A DNA stretch of 64,000 nt from Mobula hypostoma (lineage: Eukaryota), in the NCBI RefSeq assembly GCF_963921235.1, contig NC_086110.1, positions 9,672,001-9,736,000 of the forward strand, written 5' to 3'. Below the pieces are notes generated by a model. That model was not told the origin of the DNA. It searched no databases and saw nothing but the letters and a program-made list of their open reading frames with translations. Positions within the stretch are counted from its first letter, which is position 1, and the number at the start of each line of letters is the position of its first letter. Below are positions 1 through 11,486 of the stretch, in pieces. Position numbers and translations under genes: made by a program.

Positions 1-1877
1 CTACAGAGAGCAACTAATAAAAACACTAGAATGGAAAAGATGAAATATGAAAGCAAGCTAGCAAATAATATCAAAGTGGATAGTAAAAGTTTTTTCAAGT
101 ATGTTGAAAATAAAAGAGAAATGAGAGTGGATATAGGACCACCAGAAAATGAGGCGGGAGAAATAATAACGGTGGACAAGGGCGTGGCTGCTGAACTAAA
201 TGAGTAGCTTGCATCAGTTTTCACTGTGGAAGACACTGACAGTATGCGTGATATTTTAGTGTATGAAGGAAGCGAAGTAGGTGATGTTACTGTTACAAGC
301 GAAAAGGCGCTCAAAAAGCTGAAACTCCGAAAGGTACATAATTCACCCGGACCAGATAAACCGCACTCTAGGGTTCTGAAAGAGGAGGCATTAGAAATAA
401 TCTTTCAAATATCATTGGACTGTGGCTTGCTGCCAGAGGACTAGAAAATTTCAAGCGTTAATCCACTTGTTAAGAACGGAGGAAGGCAACAGAAAGGAAA
501 TTATAGGCCAGCTAGCCTGACCTCAGTAGTTGGGAAGATGTTAGAATCAATTGTTAAGGATGAGGTGATGAAGTTCTTGGTGACACAGGACAAGGTAGTG
601 CAAAGTCAGCATGGTTTCTTTCATGGAAAATCCTGCCTGGCGAACCTGTTGGAATTCTTTGAGGAGATTACAAGTAGGATAGATAAAGGGGATGCTGTGG
701 ATGTTGTATATTTGGACTTTCAGAACGTGCCACACATGAGGCTGTTTACAAAGTTAAGAACCCATGGTATTGCAGGTAAATTATTAACGTGGTTAGAGCA
801 TTGGCTGATTGGTAGAAGGCAGCGAGTGGGAATAAATGGATTCTTTTCTGTATGGCTGCCAGTGACTAGAGGTGTTCCGCAGGGACTGGTGTTCGGACCA
901 CTTCTTTTTATTCTGTATATAAATTATTTAGTTCATGGAATAGATGGCTTTGTTGCCAAATTTTCAGATAATACGAAGATTGGTGGAGCAGCAGGTTGTG
1001 TTGAGGAAACAGGTACGACGGAGAAGGCCTTAGACTGATTATGAGAATAGGCAAGAAAGTGACAAATGAAATATTATGTTGGAAAATGCATGGTCATGCA
1101 CGTTGGTAGTAGAAATAAATGAGCGGACTATTTTCTAAACAGGGAGAAAATCGAGGAATCTGAGACGCAGGGATACGTCGGAATCCTTCTGCAGAACACC
1201 CTGAAGGTTAACCTGCAAGGTGAGGAAGGCAAAAGGCCATGATCGCATTGATTTCAAGAGGTCTTAGAATACAAGAGCAAGGATGTGATTCTGAGGCTTT
1301 ATAAGGCACTGGTGAGGACTCGCCTTCGTTATTGTGAACAGTTTTGGGCCCCTCATCTTAGAAATGATGTGCTTCCATTGGGGACGGTCCAGAGGAGGTT
1401 CACAAGGACGATTCCAGGAAGGAAAGGGTTTTCAGACGAGGAACGTTTGATAGCTCTTGGTCTGTACTCAATAGAATTGAGAAGGATGAGTGGGGAGAGT
1501 CTTGTTGAAACCTTTCGAATGTTGAATGTCCTAGACAGAGTAGATGTGGAAAGGATGTTTCCCATGGTGGGAGAATCTAGGACAAGAATGCACAGCCTCA
1601 GAATAGACGGGCGTCCTTTCAAAACAGAAATACGGAGAAATTTCTTTAGTCAAAGAGTGGTGAATTTGTGGAATTTGATGTCAAATGCATCTATGGAGGC
1701 CAGATCGTTGGGTGTATTGATAGCTTCTTGATTGGACATGGCATCAAAGTTACGGGGAGGAAGCCAGGAACCTGGGGTTGAGGAGGAGATAGAAAAAAGT
1801 ATTGAATGACAGAGTAGACTCAATGGGTCAGATGGCTTTATTCAGCTCCTATGTCTAATAATCCTATCGTCTTATGG
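1..1877 (+). mobile_element. CR1 LINE, degraded ORF2 (RT) to 3' end
   Basis: ORFs 538..1038 and 1285..1731 carry CR1 RT motifs (QHGF..GKSCL.NL, GVPQG, KFSDNTK, YCEQFWAP). Confidence 0.92.
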
Positions 1878-2369
1878 AGAAATAGAAGCAGGATGGTATC
1901 CAAGGGGTGGCAATAGTCAGGTGAGAAAAGGCGAGGCCAGATTGTTGAATAGAAAGGTGGAGGTCGGTGCAAATTATTTTACCGGAAGATTCGTGCCATC
2001 ACTTTGGTGGCTACCTCGACGGAATATAAGGTGTTGCTCCTCCACCTTGAGAATGGATTCGTCGGGGCACAAGAGAAGGCCATTGACTGACGTGTCGGAA
2101 TAGGAATAGGAATCTAGCTTAAAATGTTTGGCTGCCGCCTTTGGCAGATAGAGCAGAGGTGTTTAACGAAGCGGTTCCCCAATTTTTACAATGGGCCTCA
2201 TTAACATAGAGGAGGCCGCATCGGTAGCACCAAACACATTAGAAGATCCCAGTAGCTTCGCAGTGGAATTTTTGCCTCACCTGGAATGACTGGGGCTGTG
2301 AAAAGAGGTGAGGGGGAAGTGAATGGGCAGGTCTAGCAATTTGGTCTCTTGCAGGGATTAGTGCCAGGA
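1878..2369 (-). mobile_element. Penelope-like element, GIY-YIG end (part 1, split by CR1)
   Basis: The reverse complement resembles the PLE copies at 55.9 kb and 62.2 kb and joins seamlessly to 4986. Confidence 0.7.
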
Positions 2370-2374
2370 GAAAG

Positions 2375-4980
2375 TGCTCAAGCAGGACAGATTAGAGGGC
2401 TTGTCTACTGAGTCCCTGTGGGTGGAGCTGAGAAACAGGAAAGGTATGGCCACATTAGTGGGATTGTATTACAGACCACCCAATAGTCAAAGAAAATTGG
2501 AAGTGCAAATCTGCAGAGAGATAGCAGGCAACTGCAGGAAACATAAAGTTGTGGTGGTAGGGGATTTTAATTTTCCATATATTGATTGGGTCTCCCATAC
2601 TGTTAGGGGTCTAGATGGTTTAGAGTTTGTAAAATGTGTTCAAGAAAGTTTTCTAAATCAATATATAGAGGGACCAACTAGAGGGGATACAATATTGGAT
2701 CTCCTGTTAGGAAACGAGTAGGTTCTGTGCAGGGGAGCACTTTGGTTCCAGTGATCATAACACCATTAGTTTCAACTTGATCATGGACAAGGATAGATCT
2801 GGTCCTAGGGTTGAGGTTCTTAACTGGAAGAAGGCCAAATTTGAAGAAATGAGAAAGGATCTAAAAAGCGTGGATTGGGACAGGTTGTTCTCTGGCAAGG
2901 ATGTGATTGGTAGGTGGGAAGCCTTCAAAGCAGAAATTTTGAGAGTGCAGAATTTGTATGTTCCTGTCAGGATTAAAGGCAAAGTGAATAGGAATAAGAA
3001 ACCTTGGTTCTCAAGGGATATTGCAACTCTGATAAAGAAGAAGAGGGAGTTGTATGACGTGTGTAAGAAGTGCAAGAAAATACTTAAGAAAGAAATCAGG
3101 AGGGCTAAAAGAAGATATGAGGTTGCCTTGGCAGTCAAAGTGAAGGATATTCCAAAGAGCTTTTACAGGTATATTAAGAGCAAAAGGATTGTCAGGGATA
3201 AAATTGGCCCTCTTGAAGATCAGAGTGGTCGGCTATGTGCAGAACCAAAGGAAATGGGGGAGATTTTAAATAGGTTTTTTTGTGTCTGTGTTTACTAAGG
3301 AAATTGGCATGAAGTCTATGGAATTGAGGGAAACAAGTAGTGAGATCACGGAAACTGTACAGATCGAAAAGGAGGAGGTCCTTGCTGTCTTGAGGAAAAT
3401 TAAAGTGGATAAATCCCCGGGACCTGACAGGGTGTTCCCTCGGACCTTGAAGGAGACTAGTGTTGAAATTGCAGGGGCCCTGGCAGAAATATTTAAAATG
3501 TCGCTGTCTACAGGTGAGGTGCCGGAGGATTGGAGAGTGGCTCATGTTGTTCCGTTGTTTAAAAAAAGAATCGAAAAGTAATCCAGGAAATTATAGGCCA
3601 GTAAGTTTAACGTCGGTAGTAGGTAAGTTATTGGAGGGAGTACTAAGAGACAGAATCTACAAGCATTTGTATAGACTGGGACTTATTAGGGAGAGTCAAC
3701 ATGGCTTTGTGCGTGGTAGGTCATGTTTGACCAATCTATTGGAGTTTTTCGAGGAGGTTACCAGGAAAGTGGATGAAGGGAAGGCAGTGGATATTGTCTA
3801 CATGGACTTCAGTAAGGCCTTTGACAAGGTCCCGCATGGGAGGTTAGTTAGGAAAATTCTGTCGCTAGGTATACATGGAGAGGTGGTAAATTGGATTAGA
3901 CATTGGCTCGATGGAAGAAGCCAGAGAGTGGTGGTAGAGAATTGCTTCTCCGAGTGGAGACCTGTAACTAGTGGTGTGCCACAGGGATCAGTGCTGGGTC
4001 TATTGTTATTTGTCATCTATATCAATGATCTGGATGATAATGTGGTAAATTGGATCAGCAAGTCTGCTGATGATACAAAGATTGGAGGTGTAGTAGACAG
4101 TGAGGAAGGTTTTCAGAGCCTGCAGAGGGACTTGGACCAGCTGGAAAAATGGGCTAAAAAATGGCAGATGGAGTTTAATACTGACAAGTGTGAGGTATTG
4201 CACGTTGGAAGGACAAACCAAGGTAGAACATATAGGGTTAATGGTATGGCACTGAGGAGTGCAGTGGAACAGAGGGATCTGGGAGTACAGATACAAAATT
4301 CCCTAAAAGTGGCGTCACAGGTAGATAGGGTGGTAAAGAGAGCTTTTGGTACATTGGCCTTTATTAATCAAAGTATTGAGTATAAGAGCTGGAATGTTAT
4401 GATGAGGTTGCATAAGGCATTGGTGAGGCCGAATCTGGAGTATTGTGTTCAGTTTTGGTCACCAAATTACAGTAAGGATATAAATAAGGTTGAAAGAGTG
4501 CAGAGAAGGTTTACATGGAGGTTGCCGGGACTTGAGAAACTCAGTTACAGAGAAAGGTTGAATAGGTTGGGACTTTATTCCCTGGAGCTTAGAAGAATGA
4601 GGGGAGACTTGATAGAGGTATATAAAATTATGATGGGTATAGATAGAGTGAATGCAAGCAGGGTTTTTCCACTGAGGCAAGGGGAGAAAAAAACCAGAGG
4701 ACATGGGTTTAGGGTGAGGGGAGAAAAGTTTCAAGGGAATATTAGGAGGGGGCTTCTTCACACAGAGAGTGGTGGGAGTATGGAATGAGCTGCCAGACGA
4801 GGTGGTAAATGCGGGTTCTTTTTTAACATTTAAGAATAAATTGGACAGATACATGGATGGGAGGTGTATGGAGGGCTATGGTCCGTGTGCAGGTCAGTGA
4901 GACTAGGCAGAAAATGGTTCGGCACAGCCAAGAAGGGCCAAAAGGCCTGTTTCTGTGCTGTAGTTTCTATGGTTTCTATG
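2375..4980 (+). mobile_element. Young 5'-truncated CR1 LINE (EN C-terminus, RT, 3' UTR)
   Basis: ORFs 2374..2721 and 3460..4788, a (tttctatgg)n tail and TSD GAAAG at 2370-2374 and 4981-4985. Confidence 0.96.
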
Positions 4981-4985
4981 GAAAG

Positions 4986-5900
4986 ACTATTGGGGAGGGA
5001 CGAATGAACAAGGGAATCACGGAGTGAGTGACCCCTACGGATAGGTCGGGAGGGTGGAATTAAAGATATGTTTCATGGTGGGATCCTTTGGAGATGTCGA
5101 ACGTTGCGGAGGACATTGTGTTGGATGCGGAGGCTCATGTGATGGTAGGAACGACGAAGTGAGGGCGGATTTTCGAGAAATAGAGGAAATGCGAGCGATT
5201 GCAGCATTTATGCTGAAGGAAGATAAATCCCGCTCTTTGAGGAAAGAGATCATCTCTGATGTCCTGGCAGGAGAAACCGCATCCTGGGAATGGATGGGAC
5301 AAAGACGAAGAAAAGTGAACACCATGTTTACAGGAGACAGGGTTGGGATAAGGTGCAGTCAAGATAACTGTGGGAATCGGCAGCTTTATAAAAGATTTCA
5401 GTCAACAGTTTGTTTCCAGAGATGGAGACAGACAGATCGAGAAAGGGGAGGAAGGTGTCAGAAATAGACCAACTGAATGTAAGTACTGGGTGGAAGTTAG
5501 AGGCTAAGCAGATGAAATTAACGAGTTCAGCATGGTTGCATGAACCAGCGCCAATGCAGTTGTCAATATAGCAAAGGAAGAGCTGGGTAGTATTACCGGG
5601 AAAGGCTTGGAATATGGACTATTCTGCATTGCCAACGAAAACGGCAGGCATTACTGGTAGCCATGCGGGCATCCTCGAGTTTGGAGAAAGTGGGAGGAGC
5701 CGAAGGAAATGTGTTAAGGGCGTCCAGTTCTGCCAGACGGACGGCATTGGTGGTGGGGAAGCAGTTGGTGCTCTTTTTATTGATAAAGAACTAAGGCCTC
5801 CTTGATGGGGGATAGAAGTGTATAGAGACTGGACCTCCGTGGTGAAAATGAGGCAGTCAGGGCTAGGGAATGAAAGGTTAATGAAGAGATCTCATCTCCT
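4986..5900 (-). mobile_element. Penelope-like element, RT region (part 2)
   Basis: The reverse complement resembles the PLE RT at 61.2-62.1 kb. Confidence 0.7.
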
Positions 5901-5967
5901 GCACTCACTTCTTTAATTATAAAGGTTAACGTGCCAAAGGATTTCTATATGATCCTATCTACCTCAT

Positions 5968-6180
5968 GTTTAAATGTTTGCTTGGTGGTCGCATTGCTTC
6001 AACATTCGCAGTTATATGCATATTTATACAAAGATTATTCTACACCTCTACTTTAGTTAAATCTGTATAACATTTGATAAGTAGCCAAATAACAATTGTA
6101 GAAAACGGAAGCTGTGATAATTCATTACGCCGCAATGGATTTCAGCAGACATAAGAATACTCCAGGACGAAAAGGCACGA
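5968..6180 (+). pseudogene. Inverted, truncated homologue of the ITIM-like cytoplasmic exon plus its upstream intron
   Basis: The + strand matches the reverse complement of ~44775-45010. Acceptor ag at 6100-6101 is followed by KTEAVIIHYAAMDFSRHKNTPGRK, versus KTGAAAAYYAAVDFKRFKHTPERK in copy 2. Confidence 0.8.
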
Positions 6181-6206
6181 CGTCAAGCGCGTATGGCGCT
6201 TTTTAC
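6142..6206 (-). CDS. Candidate terminal exon of copy 1, a diverged duplicate of cytoplasmic exon 1
   Basis: Intact acceptor ttcgttccag at 6207-6216 within a ~310-bp paralogous block. Phase 0 reads VKSAIRA* and phase 1 reads RKKRHTRLTSCLFVLEYSYVC*. Confidence 0.45.
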
Positions 6207-6833
6207 CTGGAACGAAATATAATGACATGAAAGTGCAGCACCATCAACGGAATTGTTAACGCAATGCTTACAAAAATGTTTACACCAGCACACATATTGC
6301 AGCAGCTGCAGAATCTTTTGTTCTGAAAGAATTAATAGTCTGGTTTAAGCGCAATGCGATATGGTGCGCGATAGTTATCTGGTTCCGTCCCAATTCCAGC
6401 GATCTCGGTTCGATTATAATCTCAAGAGTTTCCACATCATCCGAGTAATCATATGTGTTTCTTTAAGGTCCCCAGCGTCCTCCCGCATATCAGTACTGGT
6501 CTTAAATGAATGTTTTAAAACTGCATAACCGTTTGAAAAACTAAAATGATTCTCCTGAGTACGAAATAATGATTACAGCAGTTATCAGAATATATTTTCA
6601 AGACAAGAGATAATTTAGCTCACGTCATTCAAGTGCATATTAAGAAATGTATAAATAAAAATTTAGTGCCAAATACATTTCCTAACACGATTTGAATTGT
6701 TGATTGTGACGGGCTCAATGCGTAAACTATAAAGCCATAAACGGTTCTAATATGACTATCCTTAATTCTGACAAGATAATGTCATCTTTTGAATGGCCAC
6801 AATATATGGCAGTAAATGAATGCATGAACAAAC

Positions 6834-6871
6834 CTCACGTTGATTCGCTTCCGTAAGGCATTCTTCTTTAC
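6834..6871 (-). CDS. IgSF V-C1 receptor copy 1, cytoplasmic exon 1 (GKEECLTEANQRE)
   Basis: Acceptor ttcgttccag and donor GAG|gtttgt are conserved with 45360-45397. An alternative donor CAAC|gtgagg lies 5 nt upstream in the exon. Confidence 0.72.
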
Positions 6872-8017
6872 CTGGAACGAAATATGAAATGAAACTGCAG
6901 CACCATGGGCGGGATTGATAAAGAAATGATTGTAAAAATATTTATAGTAACACACAAATTGCAGCATTTGCAGATTATCTTGTGCTAAAGACACTTATAT
7001 AATGGGTTAAGCCCAACATGTCACATTGGCGCAATAGTAATTCCCATTGCTACACACTACCTGCGATCTCGGTGCGATTGTGATTTCAAATGTTTCCAAA
7101 TCCTACAAGTAATCGCATGTGTTTCGCTCAGGTGCCCCAAAGTCCTCCCACATCCATATTCATACAAGTTAAGTTAAATTACAACTCTAGCTTTCGTGAA
7201 AGTCTATTAGTATCATGGGCTTTCCTTATTACTGGGGAATAAATTAGATAGAAAAAACGGGTCAGGGCAGGCACAAAACACAATAGGCTGAATGTTCTCT
7301 ATCTATATCACTAGTTACAAATTTCGCTGAAAATTCCAAGCAGTTTGGCTTTCACCAATCGCACTTTCTTGTTCCAGAAATGAAAGTAATCGTTTCGGAT
7401 ACCAACGGAATATATGGCTAGAGAATGGGAATAGATAATTAACTTCTACGTCATAGTCTTGCATACACGCCTGAGAATCTTCCTTCCGTTTATATTCCCA
7501 AGTTTATAAACATACCCGGCATTTGCTTTCACGGTCAATCTGTTTGGAAGGGATGACATTTTCCCCATTTGGTTGAGCATTTTGTAATTTATCAAATAAA
7601 TTAATGTAGATTGCGAACACTCTGCCGCTGGTTTGGGCAAAAGGCTACTGACTGAGGGAGTAAATGGGTTTTACTGTCGTTGGTATGTTCCTTCCATCAG
7701 TTTTCGTCGTTTCCACGCGCTGCCATATATAGGTGTGAGGTGCTCACACCGAATTTCCAGATGAACCTTCAACATTTTGGTATGGGTTCGGATCAATCAG
7801 AGTACACAGTCAATGTCCTTTTTTTCTCAGTTTCTGGCAGAGAATAGAATGCCTAGTTTCTGTTAAATACTGTATTTGAAATATGTTGGCTAGACATTGA
7901 AACCCCAGTTTCAATTATACAAAAAAACCAGTGACGATTGTGCGGTCCCGAAAGAAGGCACTGAAATATTTTCTTTTGTCCTGTTTGTGGATTTGGAAAA
8001 TGTTCTTTAAATCTTAC

Positions 8018-8131
8018 CTTTACTTTCCTGCTTTCGGCACTGGGTCCCAATGGCGATCATTAGCACTAGGATCGCCAGTCCACCCATTACAAAACGAGGA
8101 ACCCAGGAAGAAAGAGGTTTGCCAGAGGAAC
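8018..8131 (-). CDS. IgSF V-C1 receptor copy 1, transmembrane exon (GSSGKPLSSWVPRFVMGGLAILVLMIAIGTQCRKQESK)
   Basis: 114-nt phase 1-1 exon (atcctccag|GT...G|gtaag) with a hydrophobic stretch followed by a basic stop-transfer. The paralogue at 46527-46640 has the same length. Confidence 0.88.
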
Positions 8132-8621
8132 CTGGAGGATATAAGTATATACGTTATGCAAAGCTGCGAAGTAAATACATAACTCTGTTTTTGGGAGGAG
8201 GTGAGGGTGGCTGCTGGTGTTTGTGCTGATGGTGGCGTTGGAATGCGTAAATAAGCGAATAAGTTCGCAGTACAGAACGGATTAAAAATACGAGAAAAGA
8301 AAATAAAACGAAAAGCGTTGTTCTTATATTAGACAGAGGAATTGATCTCGGCCTCCATGTAACTCATGGCTGCTCGATTGTACATTATAGGTTTATGGGT
8401 GGATAGGAAATAACTTCCAAAGTCTAAGAAAAATTTTACCAGTCGAAGATTGAAAATTTATTAACTTATAGCTTGCTGTGTCATAAACCTCGCTTCACTG
8501 CAACGCCAACATGTCAGAGATCACAATCTTTCCATTCATTTTCAAAGGGTAGCAATTTAGAAATATATATTGTAAACTTCCCTAAGTGATAGTCGTAGTG
8601 AACTCCGCACCGGTAGGAGTT

Positions 8622-8625
<4 letters not shown>

Positions 8626-8675
<50 letters not shown>
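8626..8675. repeat. (GT)n(GC)n microsatellite in a copy 1 intron
   Basis: Directly visible. An equivalent repeat lies at 48581-48626. Confidence 0.95.
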
Positions 8676-8677
<2 letters not shown>

Positions 8678-9076
8678 GGTGGTGTGGAAAGAAGGTCAGA
8701 GTTGAGAGATTTAACGTGGTCATGATGGAAAACTGATGGAAGCTCCGGGTAAAACGAAGACAGTACAAATGAAAGGACGGTTTCACTGGTAAAGAATGAA
8801 ATTCTGGTTTACAAATGTTACGCAGGAGAAACATCAATGCACATGGGAGGAAATGCAAATTGTTAAAATAAATAAACTTGTTTCCCAATGTTGTAAAACA
8901 TACAAAGAGTATACGTAAACTACAGTCACAGGACGTATCTTCTGTTGCTGTCTGTTGTGCAACACATGAAATTCCATATTTAATAAAAGCCCTTCCATCT
9001 TACGCTGTGAAATTTCTCGTGACCACGAGCAAATAGTGATCGTGTATTGATAAATTAACAAGAAATGGCTTCGTAC

Positions 9077-9379
9077 CTTGGTTAGATTTGGAAATAGAAT
9101 AGACTGCTACCGCTGAAATATTGAGGGAGACATGAGACACCAAACAGGTATAATTTGTGTCATTCTGGACCGGCTGTGTCTCCTTCAAGTTGCTCGAAAC
9201 CACATAAAGTCCCTCGGTATTCTTCCTTAACTTGGTCTGTATGCCTAATGCTATTTTAATGCCATTTTTATACCAAGTAAGCGAGAAATTCTTGGGATAA
9301 AAGGCAGATGTTTCACACACGATAATGAAAGTTGTAGCTGAATTCCTATTCGCGGAAATCATCAGTGGAGTTGGAACTG
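9077..9379 (-). CDS. IgSF V-C1 receptor copy 1, C1-set exon
   Basis: 303-nt phase 1-1 exon (ttcgcag|CA...G|gtacga) with C1 motifs VCETSAFYPKNFSLTWYKNG, GLYVVSSNL and YTCLVSH. Contained in ORF 9000..9476. Confidence 0.93.
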
Positions 9380-10139
9380 CTGCGAAACAGATAGTGGAAA
9401 ACATGTTAAATGACGTTCCGATATTGAAATGCTTTCCGTTAATTAAGTTCAAGTCCATTAAGTCTGAAGGTTGCATTTGAAAAATCTATATCAGGTTACT
9501 AATGCTAGATTCATGTTCATACTACCCGACGGCATTTGCTGTTTCTTACTAACTCAACTATAGTGACACCACTTCACACAAATACCATTTGCATTTTTCC
9601 AAAGAATTATCCATATAAACCCGAGAGTTTGTAACTGGACGAAACTCTGAATTTGTTTCACAAAGATAGTGAACTGAACTGCAATTCAATAATGTAAATA
9701 TGAGTAAGTAATCTGTTTAATAAGAAAATACCCCGTAACGTTACAGAATATATCGTCTTCGAATACGCCAGCAAGCAGGACCATACCATTTTCAAACTAT
9801 GTAATTTATTGAAAGAATGTTCGATTTAATTCTGAGTTTTCCACGTTCCAGTTCACAATGCCGAGCAGTTGACAAGCATTGGGTTACAGGCCGCCTTTCA
9901 AATCCGTTACACTAATTCTATACTTTACTTCGACTGTCAAGTAGTAAATTAATCAGTCATTATTCTAGCATTATTCGATTACAGTGTAGGCGCGTTGGAA
10001 ATTAGGCTTTTATCTAGCGAAATACCATGATGCATATTGGGATGTATACATAAAATAAGAAGGTGCTAAGAAGTGTTGTTCAACAGACAAATCTTTGTAT
10101 TAAAGTTCCTGTAAAAGGGAAAACACAGGATGGCGCAGT

Positions 10140-10610
10140 ATGTTTACTTTCATATAAAAGATGGAATATTGTATGAAATATTATATCAGACCGGTTAAAC
10201 AACATTCAGATTATTCGTAACAGTTTGGTGTCACACCAGTGGTGTGCACAATGTAAGAACGATGTATTATGCCAGAAGGAGTGGGGAAGACTCGCAGTTT
10301 TTTTCTTTAATGGGAAGGAATATTGTTATGAAGTCAGATGATATCTTCATGAATTCCTCAGAACGAAGGAGCCTGAGGCCAATCTAATACTATAAAATAT
10401 AAAATAAGATGAAACATAGAGAGGTAGGATAACTACACCGTTGATTCAGTAGTAGGCATATCAGAAGCAATTAGGTTATTTCTGGAAGGAAGAAGAGAAT
10501 TTTGAAAGGAATTTGGAAGAGATTTGAGAAGAACTCAAGATCAAAGGGGATGGTGAAATCAGATACAGTTACAAGATTAGGGGCGCATTTGGACAGGCTG
10601 TAATGTTAAG
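10140..10610 (+). mobile_element. Old degenerate CR1 3' fragment in the V-C1 intron
   Basis: Weak resemblance to CR1 3' ends and to 52880-53200 in the paralogous intron. Confidence 0.45.
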
Positions 10611-11165
10611 TTGCATGAAAGAAGAACGATTATCGTGTAACTACTTTATCCAAGAAATTATACCCATTGCGCTTTACATTAATGTTATCAAAAAACACAC
10701 ACACACAAAAGGTGGAGGGAGAAATAAAGTGCCACAGGGTACTTGGATGATAGGTTATGCAAATTTTGAAATCTGTGATATTGTTAATCACCAACTTCAA
10801 AAAAATGGAGGTGCTGACAAATTTTCGTAAGGATCTGCAGAGTTTTCATGCTTGATTACCCTTCGATCCTGCCACAACCGTTCACAATTTAAGCTAATGT
10901 AATCCAACGATTCTCCAAATAGCATGGATTAGAATCATAACGTGATATCTTTGGTTACTAGTGGCATATTTTGTGGATATGGTGATTCATTGCAAACCGT
11001 CGGTCCCTCGCGGATTCGCAGAGAGTGGATAGAGCGATTGATGTTAGTCTTACAACATAACACGGACGATGAATATTAAAGGTCATCTTCATAAGCGTCT
11101 GTTTCTTGGTGTTTTATATTCTTTATAGTTAATGGATAATTTATTCGCCTATTAATTTAACTTAC

Positions 11166-11486
11166 CATTCACTTTTAGAAGTGAACCAGTTCTATTTCTT
11201 GCAGACAGTCCTTTGCGGGTCACTGAACAGAAATACAGTCCAGAATCTTGGATCATTACTTGTTGCAACTCAAAGTACCAAGTTCTTGTACCTCTCAGAC
11301 CAGAACTTTTTCTGTTGCCGGTGCCTGTCCGTTGGTAATTATTCTCGCCCTGTTTCCACCAATGCACTTTCGTCCAGGATTGATCCTGAGAAATGGGAAA
11401 TAAGCAGTAGAACGTGACGTTCCCTCCTTTGGATACAACCGCTTCTTTGGGCAATTGAGTTACACTGAACGTACTCTGATCCGCAG
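11166..11486 (-). CDS. IgSF V-C1 receptor copy 1, V-set exon with joined J-like end
   Basis: 321-nt phase 1-1 exon (ttgacag|CT...G|gtaag). It encodes B-strand Cys (TFYC), C-strand Trp (VHWWK), DSGLYFC and a G-strand NRTGSLLKV. Contained in ORF 11152..11493. Confidence 0.93.

Noticed and set aside
3798-4854. Antisense ORFs over CR1 copies (also 57464-58426)
   Set aside because: These are shadow frames of the RT coding strand that recur only because the CR1 copies are near-identical.
7446-7640. 64-aa ORF in the TM-to-cytoplasmic intron of copy 1
   Set aside because: It has no homology to a recognisable domain and no counterpart in copy 2.
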